Shown one piece after another: positions 38,467-46,323 of a stretch of DNA of 64,000 bases. The notes under the pieces are model-generated. The model worked only from the letters and a program-made list of their open reading frames with translations. It ran no database searches and was not told the origin of the DNA. The DNA lies in the IMG/VR virus record IMGVR_UViG_3300027963_000071, positions 2,909-66,908 of that record; one strand, written 5' to 3'. The stretch is from a virus. The translations under genes and the position numbers were made by a program. Position 1 is the first letter of the stretch, and each line of letters opens with the position of its first letter.

Positions 38467-38516
38467 TCAAAAGACTCCCCGGGAGCGAATCGGCTTGTCT
38501 GTTTGAAACGGTTACT

Positions 38517-38798
38517 TTAGATTGTTTCTAAAGTGAAACCAGCTGCCTTAGCCTTGTAACCAAGTGCAACGATTTCGCGTGATGGCTTGCCCATTACGTA
38601 TTCGGTAACAGTCACACCATTGCCAGCCTTGCGGTTGTTGGCATAAACAGCGTAACCATGTTGACGGATACGTGAAGCTTCAGCGGCCAAGTTACCTACG
38701 CCGAATTGCTTAGTGGCTTGGCTCTGTGTTAGAGAAGCGCCATTGTAAAGTGCATTAAACACTTTGAAAGTTTTTGTATTTTTAGAAATACGTTTCAT
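38517..38798 (-). CDS. Winged-helix DNA-binding protein
   Basis: GASLTQSQATKQFGVGNLAAEASRIRQHGY. Confidence 0.6.
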   Translation of the reverse strand: MKRISKNTKTFKVFNALYNGASLTQSQATKQFGVGNLAAEASRIRQHGYAVYANNRKAGNGVTVTEYVMGKPSREIVALGYKAKAAGFTLETI

Positions 38799-38892
38799 TT
38801 GCCTTTTTCCTTTATTGTTATAGCTGAAGTTCATCAGCATTTTATTAGTATAAAGCCTTACCATTACCCTTGTCAAATCGCATATTACCGAT

Positions 38893-39093
38893 TTAACTCT
38901 TTTTGGAAATCTTAACCGGGCTACGAATAAACGTGCCCAAGATCAAGGTTGCCGCCCATGTCCAGAAGGTGTAGTCGATTGCGCACACCGATCCAAACAG
39001 AGTATTCCAGGCCCAAATTACAAAGAACGGTCCCGCAATTACTAAAATCAATACCAACACTGCCGCTATCGCGACACCCAAAGTCTTAAACAT
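38893..39093 (-). CDS. Small membrane protein
   Basis: Two hydrophobic helices. Confidence 0.6.
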   Translation of the reverse strand: MFKTLGVAIAAVLVLILVIAGPFFVIWAWNTLFGSVCAIDYTFWTWAATLILGTFIRSPVKISKKS

Positions 39094-39340
39094 TTACGTC
39101 CTCCACGTCCGCCTCTTGTTCGGCGATTAGTTTGTGCAGTTCGAGTTCTGCCAACTCTTTCTCTATCAGCTTCTCCATACGCTTGGCACCCGTGTTGCTG
39201 GATCCCTTACGATACATCTGATGATAGTGTTCAGCACAGTAGCTCTTGCCCTCTATGCTCTTTTGGCCGCAGAATGTATACGGCCACTCCTTCTGTTCAG
39301 CACCAATGTATTGGCACTCCTTGATTGGACCGTCGTACAT
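39086..39340 (-). CDS. GcrA C-terminal-like protein
   Basis: CQYIG...FCG...GKSYCAEH...MY matches the GcrA Cys/His pattern; TAATG coupling. Confidence 0.6.
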   Translation of the reverse strand: MYDGPIKECQYIGAEQKEWPYTFCGQKSIEGKSYCAEHYHQMYRKGSSNTGAKRMEKLIEKELAELELHKLIAEQEADVEDVNV

Positions 39341-40413
39341 TACACACCTCTCTTCATAACAGTTACTTCTGCCATAGATTTCCAATTAGCACTGAAGCTC
39401 TTACGCAAGTCTGCTACCTTCAGTACCGTACGCAAGCTGAGCTCACGCATCTTAGCACGATTCTCTACAATGTAGTCTACAACTTCATCGCGCTGTACAT
39501 CCTCAAGCTCGTATGAGTCCAACATGCCGTCTTCAACGATCTGCTTGATACGGAGCACCTTCTCACGATCTGTGTCCATTTGCAAGTCGATATAGTGACA
39601 GCGTGACTCTAGTGCCGCCAAGTGATCCTGCAGTTTCTTACTACGCACATTCTCAAACTTGATGTTGGTGATAAAGATAGCACCTGCTTTGAATTCGAAG
39701 CGATCTGGCACTCCTTCGCTTCGCAGTACACGACTGTCCGTGTTCCACGAAATGGTACGCTTCTTGCTACTGTCCAAAGCCGCTTTAAGAATGTTCAGCG
39801 ACAAGTCATCTAACAGCACTGAGTCACAGTCATCGAACACGATAACATTGCCCTTCTCGCTGTATTGATAGAGCTTGCTGTACAAGCCAATCGCGGACAT
39901 TGCGCCCTTGACAACTTCATACTTGGGTTTACGCTGACCCATTACGTCAAACAGATCGTCTTTGCTTAGTACTTCTTCAACACCAAAGCTCTTGCCCACG
40001 CCTGGGGGCCCTGTGACAATCATAGCACGAACAGTACCAGCTTTCACAGCCTTAGTCATCTCTGTTAACACGGCAAAACGGTTGCGAGTACGCTCGATGA
40101 TCTCTTCATCCGTTTCGTGCGCTACAACAGCGTCTGACACTTTGATCTGTTCCAAACTCTTTTCTCCTACGGGTGAGGCACTGACGTCCCCTGCCACGAC
40201 CACGTAGCTCTGTGCGCTAATGCATTTGATACGGATCTTGCGATCAGGGATACCTGAGCTACTAGGGTTAGCAGTTGAGCCGTCAACAGTAACATAGCCA
40301 CCGTTAACACCCTCTTTGAAACCTTCTACTAGTTCAAAACGGATACCGCTCATAGACACGTCTTGTCCGCGAACTTTGTAAGTACCCTCTGCTATTTCGA
40401 TAATTGCTGGCAT
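39340..40413 (-). CDS. P-loop AAA-type ATPase
   Basis: GPPGVGKS, VFDDCD, FITN, ESRC; start MPAIIE after GGAGCGA. Confidence 0.8.
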   Translation of the reverse strand: MPAIIEIAEGTYKVRGQDVSMSGIRFELVEGFKEGVNGGYVTVDGSTANPSSSGIPDRKIRIKCISAQSYVVVAGDVSASPVGEKSLEQIKVSDAVVAHETDEEIIERTRNRFAVLTEMTKAVKAGTVRAMIVTGPPGVGKSFGVEEVLSKDDLFDVMGQRKPKYEVVKGAMSAIGLYSKLYQYSEKGNVIVFDDCDSVLLDDLSLNILKAALDSSKKRTISWNTDSRVLRSEGVPDRFEFKAGAIFITNIKFENVRSKKLQDHLAALESRCHYIDLQMDTDREKVLRIKQIVEDGMLDSYELEDVQRDEVVDYIVENRAKMRELSLRTVLKVADLRKSFSANWKSMAEVTVMKRGV

Positions 40414-40499
40414 TGTTTTCGCTCCAATGTTTGTTAGTAAGTCTCTATTATGCACTCAAACAAGGGCTTTGTCAACCCCTGTTTTGGCCCTGTTGTTAT

Positions 40500-40970
40500 T
40501 CAGCCACGGCCAACAGCTTGGCCTTCTGTAAGATCAACTTCAAACTGTTCCTTCTCAGGGTTGCAGTAGTCCAGGAACTCGATCACGTTACCGTCGAACA
40601 GAGTCTCGTTGGTGTCATCCATCGTAAGCCCAAACATGTTGAAGCCGCGATTGGTAACACGTACACGGAGCTCATTCTCACGTTCGTAGACGTGATACTC
40701 GTAGTCCTGCCCGCACTCAGTGTCTGTTACAGGGTGGATGTAGAACCCGCCGGGGGTCTGTTTGAAGTTAGCGATCATCTGTGCTGCCAAGCAGCCCATG
40801 CCGTTGAATACTGTTTCGTTCTTGCCACTCAAACCGTTTACCAGCTTGCCCTGTGTAAGGAACTCCGCTAGCTCTTGTCCGTGTCCGCTGGGGTAGCCGT
40901 CGTATTGACGGTACATGTTGATGATGGGCGTTTCGCCATCGTATACAAAAGTAAGTGCTCTGGTACCCAT
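40500..40970 (-). CDS. Conserved-looking hypothetical early protein
   Basis: MGTRALT...YRQYDGYP. Confidence 0.65.
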   Translation of the reverse strand: MGTRALTFVYDGETPIINMYRQYDGYPSGHGQELAEFLTQGKLVNGLSGKNETVFNGMGCLAAQMIANFKQTPGGFYIHPVTDTECGQDYEYHVYERENELRVRVTNRGFNMFGLTMDDTNETLFDGNVIEFLDYCNPEKEQFEVDLTEGQAVGRG

Positions 40971-41041
40971 AGTCGTCGCTCCTATTAAGTGTGTGTAAGC
41001 CTAGATTATAACACGGGCCGGAGCCCGTGTCAACCTCTTTT

Positions 41042-41395
41042 TTAAATACCCTGGAAAGCAGTAAGGGCTTGTTGTGCATCTGCATCCAACATAGCAGAGT
41101 CCTCAGCTCGTTGGCGCTCTTGTGCTACTGTAGTCTTGTAAGCCTCTAGCTCTGCAGACTTTGCTTCCATAGCAGGCCACTCAACGTCTGTAGGGTTAAG
41201 GTAAGGACCAGTGTAGTCCCGCTTTTCCTCTTTAAGGGTGATCTCTCCGGACGCAATGCCTTCAAACACCATGCCCCATGTAGGCTGTTGCGGACGGCCA
41301 GTAGGACCAAATAGTGCTACAGCCTTGGCCTCAACCTTGGCCTGTGCAATTTCGTTAAGACGACGTACAAAATACTCTCTCTGTGCTTGTTCCAT
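41042..41395 (-). CDS. Hypothetical early protein
   Basis: GGAGCGA RBS before MEQAQRE. Confidence 0.6.
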   Translation of the reverse strand: MEQAQREYFVRRLNEIAQAKVEAKAVALFGPTGRPQQPTWGMVFEGIASGEITLKEEKRDYTGPYLNPTDVEWPAMEAKSAELEAYKTTVAQERQRAEDSAMLDADAQQALTAFQGI

Positions 41396-41434
41396 GCTTC
41401 GCTCCATGTTGTTAAGTAAGTGTATATTATATGC

Positions 41435-41824
41435 TCAAACTGTCACGTTGTCAACCGGTATTTTAGATAACCCTTCAAGTATCTGGGTTACTCGCTTTTT
41501 GGCGTCCTCGATGGTCTCACTGATCATGTCCTCAGCGACTCCATCCCGCAAGACTTCTGCAGCATCCTCGTAGACAAAGCCCCCTACATAGTTAACAGCC
41601 AGTTCCACGTCCTCGTACATGGCGCGGACCCTGAGCATGAAGTAGTCCAGCTTGCCCGAGTCAATGTCACGTGCCATCTGCTGAACATCGTAGTAGGGCA
41701 GGCCCGTGTCTGGGTCTAGGCCGGTGTCGAACAGGTCCTCTAGGGGCAAGTCTTCCCAGGTCTTGTCTACGATGATGTCAAAGCCTGCTCGCGTGTATTC
41801 TGCCAGTGTGTCATAATAGCGCAT
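41435..41824 (-). CDS. Acidic hypothetical early protein
   Basis: GAGGAG RBS. Confidence 0.6.
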   Translation of the reverse strand: MRYYDTLAEYTRAGFDIIVDKTWEDLPLEDLFDTGLDPDTGLPYYDVQQMARDIDSGKLDYFMLRVRAMYEDVELAVNYVGGFVYEDAAEVLRDGVAEDMISETIEDAKKRVTQILEGLSKIPVDNVTV

Positions 41825-41825
41825 G

Positions 41826-42149
41826 TCAATCTCCTCGTGTGTCAGTGTTAAGTGCGGGTTTGAACTGTCTGCGCAGTTCTACTTCTCGGCGATGTGCTGC
41901 CGCTTTACCACGTACCATTTCTACGGCACGTATGTCTATGGCCAGCTTGTCGTCCAGTGTACGCAGGTATTGGCACAACAGCCAATCTTTGGCTTCTGTT
42001 TTGGCACGATAGAAGTGCTTGGCAGCACGGCTACGCAGGCTCTTTAGTACTGTTGATTCGGTTTTGGCAGTAACGCCGATGTAGGACCCTTGGGGTGTGA
42101 CGATCTCATATATGATATGATTACGATCTACTCTGGGTTTACGTGACAT
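41826..42149 (-). CDS. GIY-YIG-like small protein
   Basis: IIYEI...SYIGVT, R..H, E...R...P.LN. Confidence 0.55.
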   Translation of the reverse strand: MSRKPRVDRNHIIYEIVTPQGSYIGVTAKTESTVLKSLRSRAAKHFYRAKTEAKDWLLCQYLRTLDDKLAIDIRAVEMVRGKAAAHRREVELRRQFKPALNTDTRGD

Positions 42150-42315
42150 TGTTCGCTCCAATCTCTTACTATGCATATAGTATAACACCGATTGGGCCCG
42201 ATGTCAACCGTTATTTTGGTGCAAAAAAGCCACAGTTTGGCGATCCGCTGCGGCACTCTCCTTCCTGGATCGACCCTACTGCGGCTAGGGTTGTTCGCTG
42301 TTCACGAACGTGTTG

Positions 42316-42393
42316 TGGTGGGCCCTCCCAGAGTCGAACTGGGCACCAATGGATTATGAGTCCACTGCTCTAACCAACATGAGCTAAGGGCCC
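42316..42393 (-). tRNA. tRNA with CAU anticodon, most likely tRNA-Ile2 (lysidine type)
   Basis: GGGCCCTTAGCTCA...GGTTAGAGCA-GTGGA-CTCATAA-TCCAT...GTTCGA...GGGCCCACCA; cloverleaf with encoded CCA, resembles bacterial ileX. Confidence 0.9.
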
Positions 42394-42405
42394 GTATCGA
42401 TGCTG

Positions 42406-42699
42406 CTAGGCCAGCCCCGTGCCCTTGAGTGGATGCCCCTTGTCCTGTGCTGCTGCGCTGTTGTTCTGATCACGTGTCCATGTGCTGCTGAACTGATCGG
42501 GGTCTATAGCTGTGTCAGCAGCTGATTCCAATGCTGCAAAGAACCGTTCCATCTCCTCTGGTCCAATCTGATCCGCATCTGGACGAAACCCTGATTGATC
42601 CTCGGGTATACGTACGATCTCTTCAGCTGAGAAATCCCACTCCCACCCACGTGGCGGTGCATAAGCTGCTGCACGACTTTTAAAGTTTGTAATCTTCAT
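42406..42699 (-). CDS. Hypothetical protein
   Basis: 97 aa, coupled. Confidence 0.5.
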   Translation of the reverse strand: MKITNFKSRAAAYAPPRGWEWDFSAEEIVRIPEDQSGFRPDADQIGPEEMERFFAALESAADTAIDPDQFSSTWTRDQNNSAAAQDKGHPLKGTGLA

Positions 42700-42949
42700 C
42701 TACTTGATCCTCTAGGCTCTTCTGTAATACCATCTTGTACAAGGGTTCCATCCGCTTCTGGAACACATGCTGCGCACCACTTTCGCTGGCACGATCCAAA
42801 TCATAATCAGAAGGAAAGTGTCGCAGCAGACTTAATGCTCGCTGCCGGATCTCCCGAGGTACACGTGGAGTAGCTGCTGCACTGCAGAGATCCTGTAAGA
42901 ACTGCTGTGTTTGTACAACAGCACGATAGCGTTCATCTGGTAATGTCAT
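42680..42949 (-). CDS. Hypothetical protein (MTLPDERYRAV)
   Basis: GAGGA RBS; TPRVP..IR..A..LLRHFP. Confidence 0.6.
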   Translation of the reverse strand: MTLPDERYRAVVQTQQFLQDLCSAAATPRVPREIRQRALSLLRHFPSDYDLDRASESGAQHVFQKRMEPLYKMVLQKSLEDQVDEDYKL

Positions 42950-43026
42950 AGGGTCCTCTCTTGACTGTGATAATCTTCGCTTCTTAAGCATGTAGTTATT
43001 ATACAGTCAAACTTTGATAATGTCAA

Positions 43027-43645
43027 GCAGCGGGGCCTATGTTAGTCGTGATAAATTTTGGATGATTTAGAATGGGATCTAAAGTAAACTCAGTATCTTG
43101 TACACTGTATAAGGGATCACTCTTATACTGTACTACTGTATAGTAACCCGCGGGTGTATACTGTCGAGTACATAGTACAGTGTATAAGACTCTTGTGGCT
43201 TCATCAACGGAGATCATGTATATATTTACGCAGCGGGGCCACCGTTTGATCACCGTATACGCACTGGTATATGGTTGATCACGGTACTTTTATTGTAGAT
43301 CATTGTGGAAGAAACCCTGAATCCGAACCGTTTGAGCAGAGTAGAGATAGATTTGATATAATAAAAAATTATTAAGAACGGTGGAATGACTGGCTATGCT
43401 CAAATGGTCACACAATTCTACACAATTCCACACTTTATTGCACTTTCTACTACTGTGTCGCGTACCAATACCACAGCAGCGGGGCCTATACGCAGGGTGC
43501 ATACTCTATCACTGACAGTAAATCACACTTTACCACGCAAAACCACACTTACTGAGCCTGTTCTCTACAGAAAATCCAGCGTAATCCTACAGTAAATCAC
43601 ACTATGCACATCATATACGTATGCGCACAATCACGCAGCGGGGCC
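43027..43645. repeat. Cluster of GCAGCGGGGCC and other short direct repeats
   Basis: GCAGCGGGGCC at 43027, 43230, 43476, 43635; ACAGTAAATCACACT at 43515 and 43589. Confidence 0.8.
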
Positions 43646-43894
43646 TATAGTTAAGTCCATTTGTTCTACTGTATCTTCTACTATGCAGTATGTTCCCGTC
43701 ACCACTGTGCCGTCCGGCAGAAGATACTGTTCTACTTCACAGTTGTCGTATAGCTCTACTCGTTCTATTCTGTTATCAAAGCCCAAATGCGAGTTACGAG
43801 CATGTTGGGCGATTCGTGCGCCAGCACGAGTCTTATAGTAGCGCAGTCTTTCACCTGTATCTTTGTGTACTATGTAGTATACTGTCAGTAGCAT
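43631..43894 (-). CDS. Hypothetical protein
   Basis: GAGGA RBS; YYIVHKDTGERLRYYKT. Confidence 0.55.
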   Translation of the reverse strand: MLLTVYYIVHKDTGERLRYYKTRAGARIAQHARNSHLGFDNRIERVELYDNCEVEQYLLPDGTVVTGTYCIVEDTVEQMDLTIGPAA

Positions 43895-44119
43895 ATATAA
43901 TCCTCTAGGGCTCGCGCAGCGTTCTTAGTCATATCAACTCGCTATATAGTATACCAGCGATCATACCCAATCCAAAGCACAGGGCACACATCACTAACAG
44001 TAGCACACAGTAATAGAGTTCATCCATTACAATGATTTCTACTATGCGTTTTGTGTCTTTGTCCATATCGATATTTACACGCTTTTGAATACATACTAGT
44101 ATAAGACTCCGGGGGCGCC

Positions 44120-44338
44120 ATGTTAGAATCTTACATAACACTATACTGTATTACCTACGATCCATATCGCTGTAGAGTTGATCCAGAACGAGTTTGGACA
44201 CTGGTACAGAGCGCAGGAGGATCATGTCATGCAGGTGCCGCTGGCCATTTGGACTTTTATGTACCTGAGGCCGTTGCCAGCCTAGTCATGTTAATGGATT
44301 CGGGACTACGCATAGCGCACAAGAAGAGCTACATATAA
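44120..44338 (+). CDS. Hypothetical protein
   Basis: 72-aa ORF. Confidence 0.45.
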   Translation: MLESYITLYCITYDPYRCRVDPERVWTLVQSAGGSCHAGAAGHLDFYVPEAVASLVMLMDSGLRIAHKKSYI

Positions 44339-44373
44339 TATACGCAGATAATTATTGGAATTTGCTTGAAAAT

Positions 44374-44406
44374 TTTTGCGCTTCGCGCAGCTCTTCGAGC
44401 TGCCCG
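44374..44406 (-). repeat. Right arm of long-range inverted element, with GAA-loop hairpins
   Basis: Minus strand CGGGCAGC-N10-GCGCGAAGCG-CAAAA; hairpins GCAGCTC-GAA-GAGCTGC and GCGC-GAA-GCGC. Confidence 0.7.
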
Positions 44407-44434
44407 TGAATTATCCTCGCTATCCAAACGAGCC

Positions 44435-44442
44435 TATAAATA
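44435..44442 (+). promoter_or_regulatory. T4-type late promoter
   Basis: TATAAATA 6 nt before the ATG at 44449. Confidence 0.7.
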
Positions 44443-44448
44443 CACTAT

Positions 44449-45180
44449 ATGATCACATTCAGTCTAGATCTACTACAACAATTAACTCTTGCAGCCCCTG
44501 GAGTCAGTTTCACTGCGGTACAACAACAGCTACACATAAAGTATCTGCCAGAAGAAGTAACAGTACCCAGTGTGCCTGTCGTGGAGTCGCCACAGACCAT
44601 TGCCAGCTTGCGCATAGGCTCTACTCAGTACACTAACAGTCGTGCTTGGAACTCAGCTTGGCTAGCTCAGTTTGAATTGAACATACAGGCGGGAATAGCT
44701 CGGCGACAAACACGTTATAACACTATCACTGCGGATCTAGCACATGTGGTCACAGCCGCTGGTGATGCACTGGTCTCTGCCACTCTACAGCCTGTTATTA
44801 CCCCCACAGGGCAGGACACTACTACTATTATAGAACTGGCTCCGCAACGTGGTGAGCAGGGTGAACCTGGCCCGGGTGTTATAGACTTGTCAGTGAATGA
44901 ACTGGGCAATCTAATAGTAACCTACGAGGATCAGCATACCAGTGATGCAGGCTATGTGATAGGACCCCCACCCGTGATCACTGTGGGCTCTACCAGCACA
45001 GTCAACTATGGTGTGGGCTCTAGTGTGTCTGTATCTAACCCTAGCCCAGGCACATATAACTTGGCGTTTACTGTAGAGCGCAGTGACCCCCAGAACCCTA
45101 CACTGGTTGGAGTAGGTACCCTTAACGGACAACGCATAGCCACTGAGCCTCAGGTGTTTGCACTAGGACTAGCATTCTAA
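44449..45180 (+). CDS. Putative structural protein with short collagen-like segment
   Basis: GEQGEPGPG; T/V/S-rich; late promoter. Confidence 0.55.
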   Translation: MITFSLDLLQQLTLAAPGVSFTAVQQQLHIKYLPEEVTVPSVPVVESPQTIASLRIGSTQYTNSRAWNSAWLAQFELNIQAGIARRQTRYNTITADLAHVVTAAGDALVSATLQPVITPTGQDTTTIIELAPQRGEQGEPGPGVIDLSVNELGNLIVTYEDQHTSDAGYVIGPPPVITVGSTSTVNYGVGSSVSVSNPSPGTYNLAFTVERSDPQNPTLVGVGTLNGQRIATEPQVFALGLAF

Positions 45181-45181
45181 T

Positions 45182-45580
45182 ATGAAATCATTAATACAGT
45201 ATAAGCCACAGTTTAACCCCACCCTAGGTACATTGGACTTTCGTACCCTAGGCACATTCAACATCAACCGGCTCTACGGAGTTATCAACGTCACACGCAA
45301 TGCTATACTGTATGCACCAGGTGCTATAGGCTATGGAGTCACTGCTGTCAATCGTGGGGTAGTGACCCTGGAAGTGGCCACTGCTAGCCATAGTGCTACT
45401 GATGTGATCAATGTCTATTATGAAATGGATCTAGCACAGGATGTCACAGCACAAGAACTGCAATTTCAAATACTCACAGAGCTTAAGGTAATGAATCAAA
45501 TACTGGCTCAAGGGCTAAATATTGATAACAGAGACGTAGACAATCTACGTGCAGAATACACAAAAAATAATATCAGCTAG
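45182..45580 (+). CDS. Putative structural protein
   Basis: In the late operon. Confidence 0.5.
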   Translation: MKSLIQYKPQFNPTLGTLDFRTLGTFNINRLYGVINVTRNAILYAPGAIGYGVTAVNRGVVTLEVATASHSATDVINVYYEMDLAQDVTAQELQFQILTELKVMNQILAQGLNIDNRDVDNLRAEYTKNNIS

Positions 45581-45591
45581 GAGAGCATGAA

Positions 45592-46281
45592 ATGATTATT
45601 CAAGGACAAGTGGGCCCACAATCGGGTAATACATCGCTGGGAGCTGGCACGAATCCTAGTATGCGTCAAGGACAGTTAGGCGAAGTTATCGTATCAGAAC
45701 TACATGGTCTTTACTATGAGCAGACCTATCGTGGCAACCTATTCAGCACTGGGCAAACAGCTCCGGCAGCACTGACTTCTACCAATCAAATTGGTACATT
45801 AACAGCTTCATGTACTCCTATACTGGGCCTATGGAATCCTATAAACAACACCAACAACGTGGTCCTGCTCAAGGCTAACCTACAGGTAATGGCCAACAAC
45901 TTAACCTCAGGTGCTGCTCCAGGCGCATTTGTTTGGGCAGTCAGTGTTAACAATTCAGGTATTACCACAGGTGGTGCACCTTGGAACCGTAAGAGTCTAA
46001 CACAACAGGGCAGTCAGGTCAAAACATTCACTGGAACAACAGCACTAACTGGGCTGACCAATAACCTAGTGGTAATGGAAACAGCAGACTTCAACACCAT
46101 GGGTGCTGTTACCTATACCACTTTAGGTTCAACTACACTACAGCCCAGCGTTGGCGGCATCCAGTTGTTTGAGGGTGGTTTGATTGTGCCACCAGGTGGC
46201 GTAATTGCACTGTTAAACACCACAACAGCCACAGCATTCTCAGTAGCAGGCAAACTGCTTTGGGAAGAAGTTCCACTGTAA
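45592..46281 (+). CDS. Putative virion structural protein
   Basis: G/T/N-rich beta composition, ends WEEVPL. Confidence 0.55.
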   Translation: MIIQGQVGPQSGNTSLGAGTNPSMRQGQLGEVIVSELHGLYYEQTYRGNLFSTGQTAPAALTSTNQIGTLTASCTPILGLWNPINNTNNVVLLKANLQVMANNLTSGAAPGAFVWAVSVNNSGITTGGAPWNRKSLTQQGSQVKTFTGTTALTGLTNNLVVMETADFNTMGAVTYTTLGSTTLQPSVGGIQLFEGGLIVPPGGVIALLNTTTATAFSVAGKLLWEEVPL

Positions 46282-46323
46282 TCAGGTTCAACGCAGTCAC
46301 AGCCGCTGTGCATTAAATAGTGC

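Larger units (their letters stand above)
27521..43026 (-). promoter_or_regulatory. Array of about 23 sigma70-type early promoters
   Basis: -10 boxes begin (+ coordinates) at 27521, 27753, 28395, 28657, 29268, 29997, 30973, 31314, 31648, 32100, 33282, 33902, 34174, 35029, 36480, 37706, 38390, 38847, 40447, 41005, 41426, 42179, 42998; mostly TTGACA-17-TATAAT/TATACT. Confidence 0.9.

Noticed and set aside
41801-41829. TTGACA at 41824-41829 as a further promoter
   Set aside because: No -10 box at 16-18 bp spacing
27258-42373. Numerous + strand ORFs in the early region
   Set aside because: Antisense to genes that have promoters and RBSs; they lack their own signals
27521-43026. Recurring TGTCAACC/ATTATA repeats as a CRISPR array
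   Set aside because: Spacing is irregular and gene-sized; they are -35/-10 boxes 17 bp apart, and no cas genes are present
43023-43595. ORFs 43023..43253, 43290..43502 and 43386..43595 as genes, and the shared IGPAA ending as a protein motif
   Set aside because: No convincing RBS; IGPAA is simply the translation of the GCAGCGGGGCCTAT DNA repeat
44449-46281. Apparent scarcity of A/T runs and excess of CTA/TAG
   Set aside because: Visual impression only; it cannot be quantified without k-mer counts and may reflect amino-acid composition
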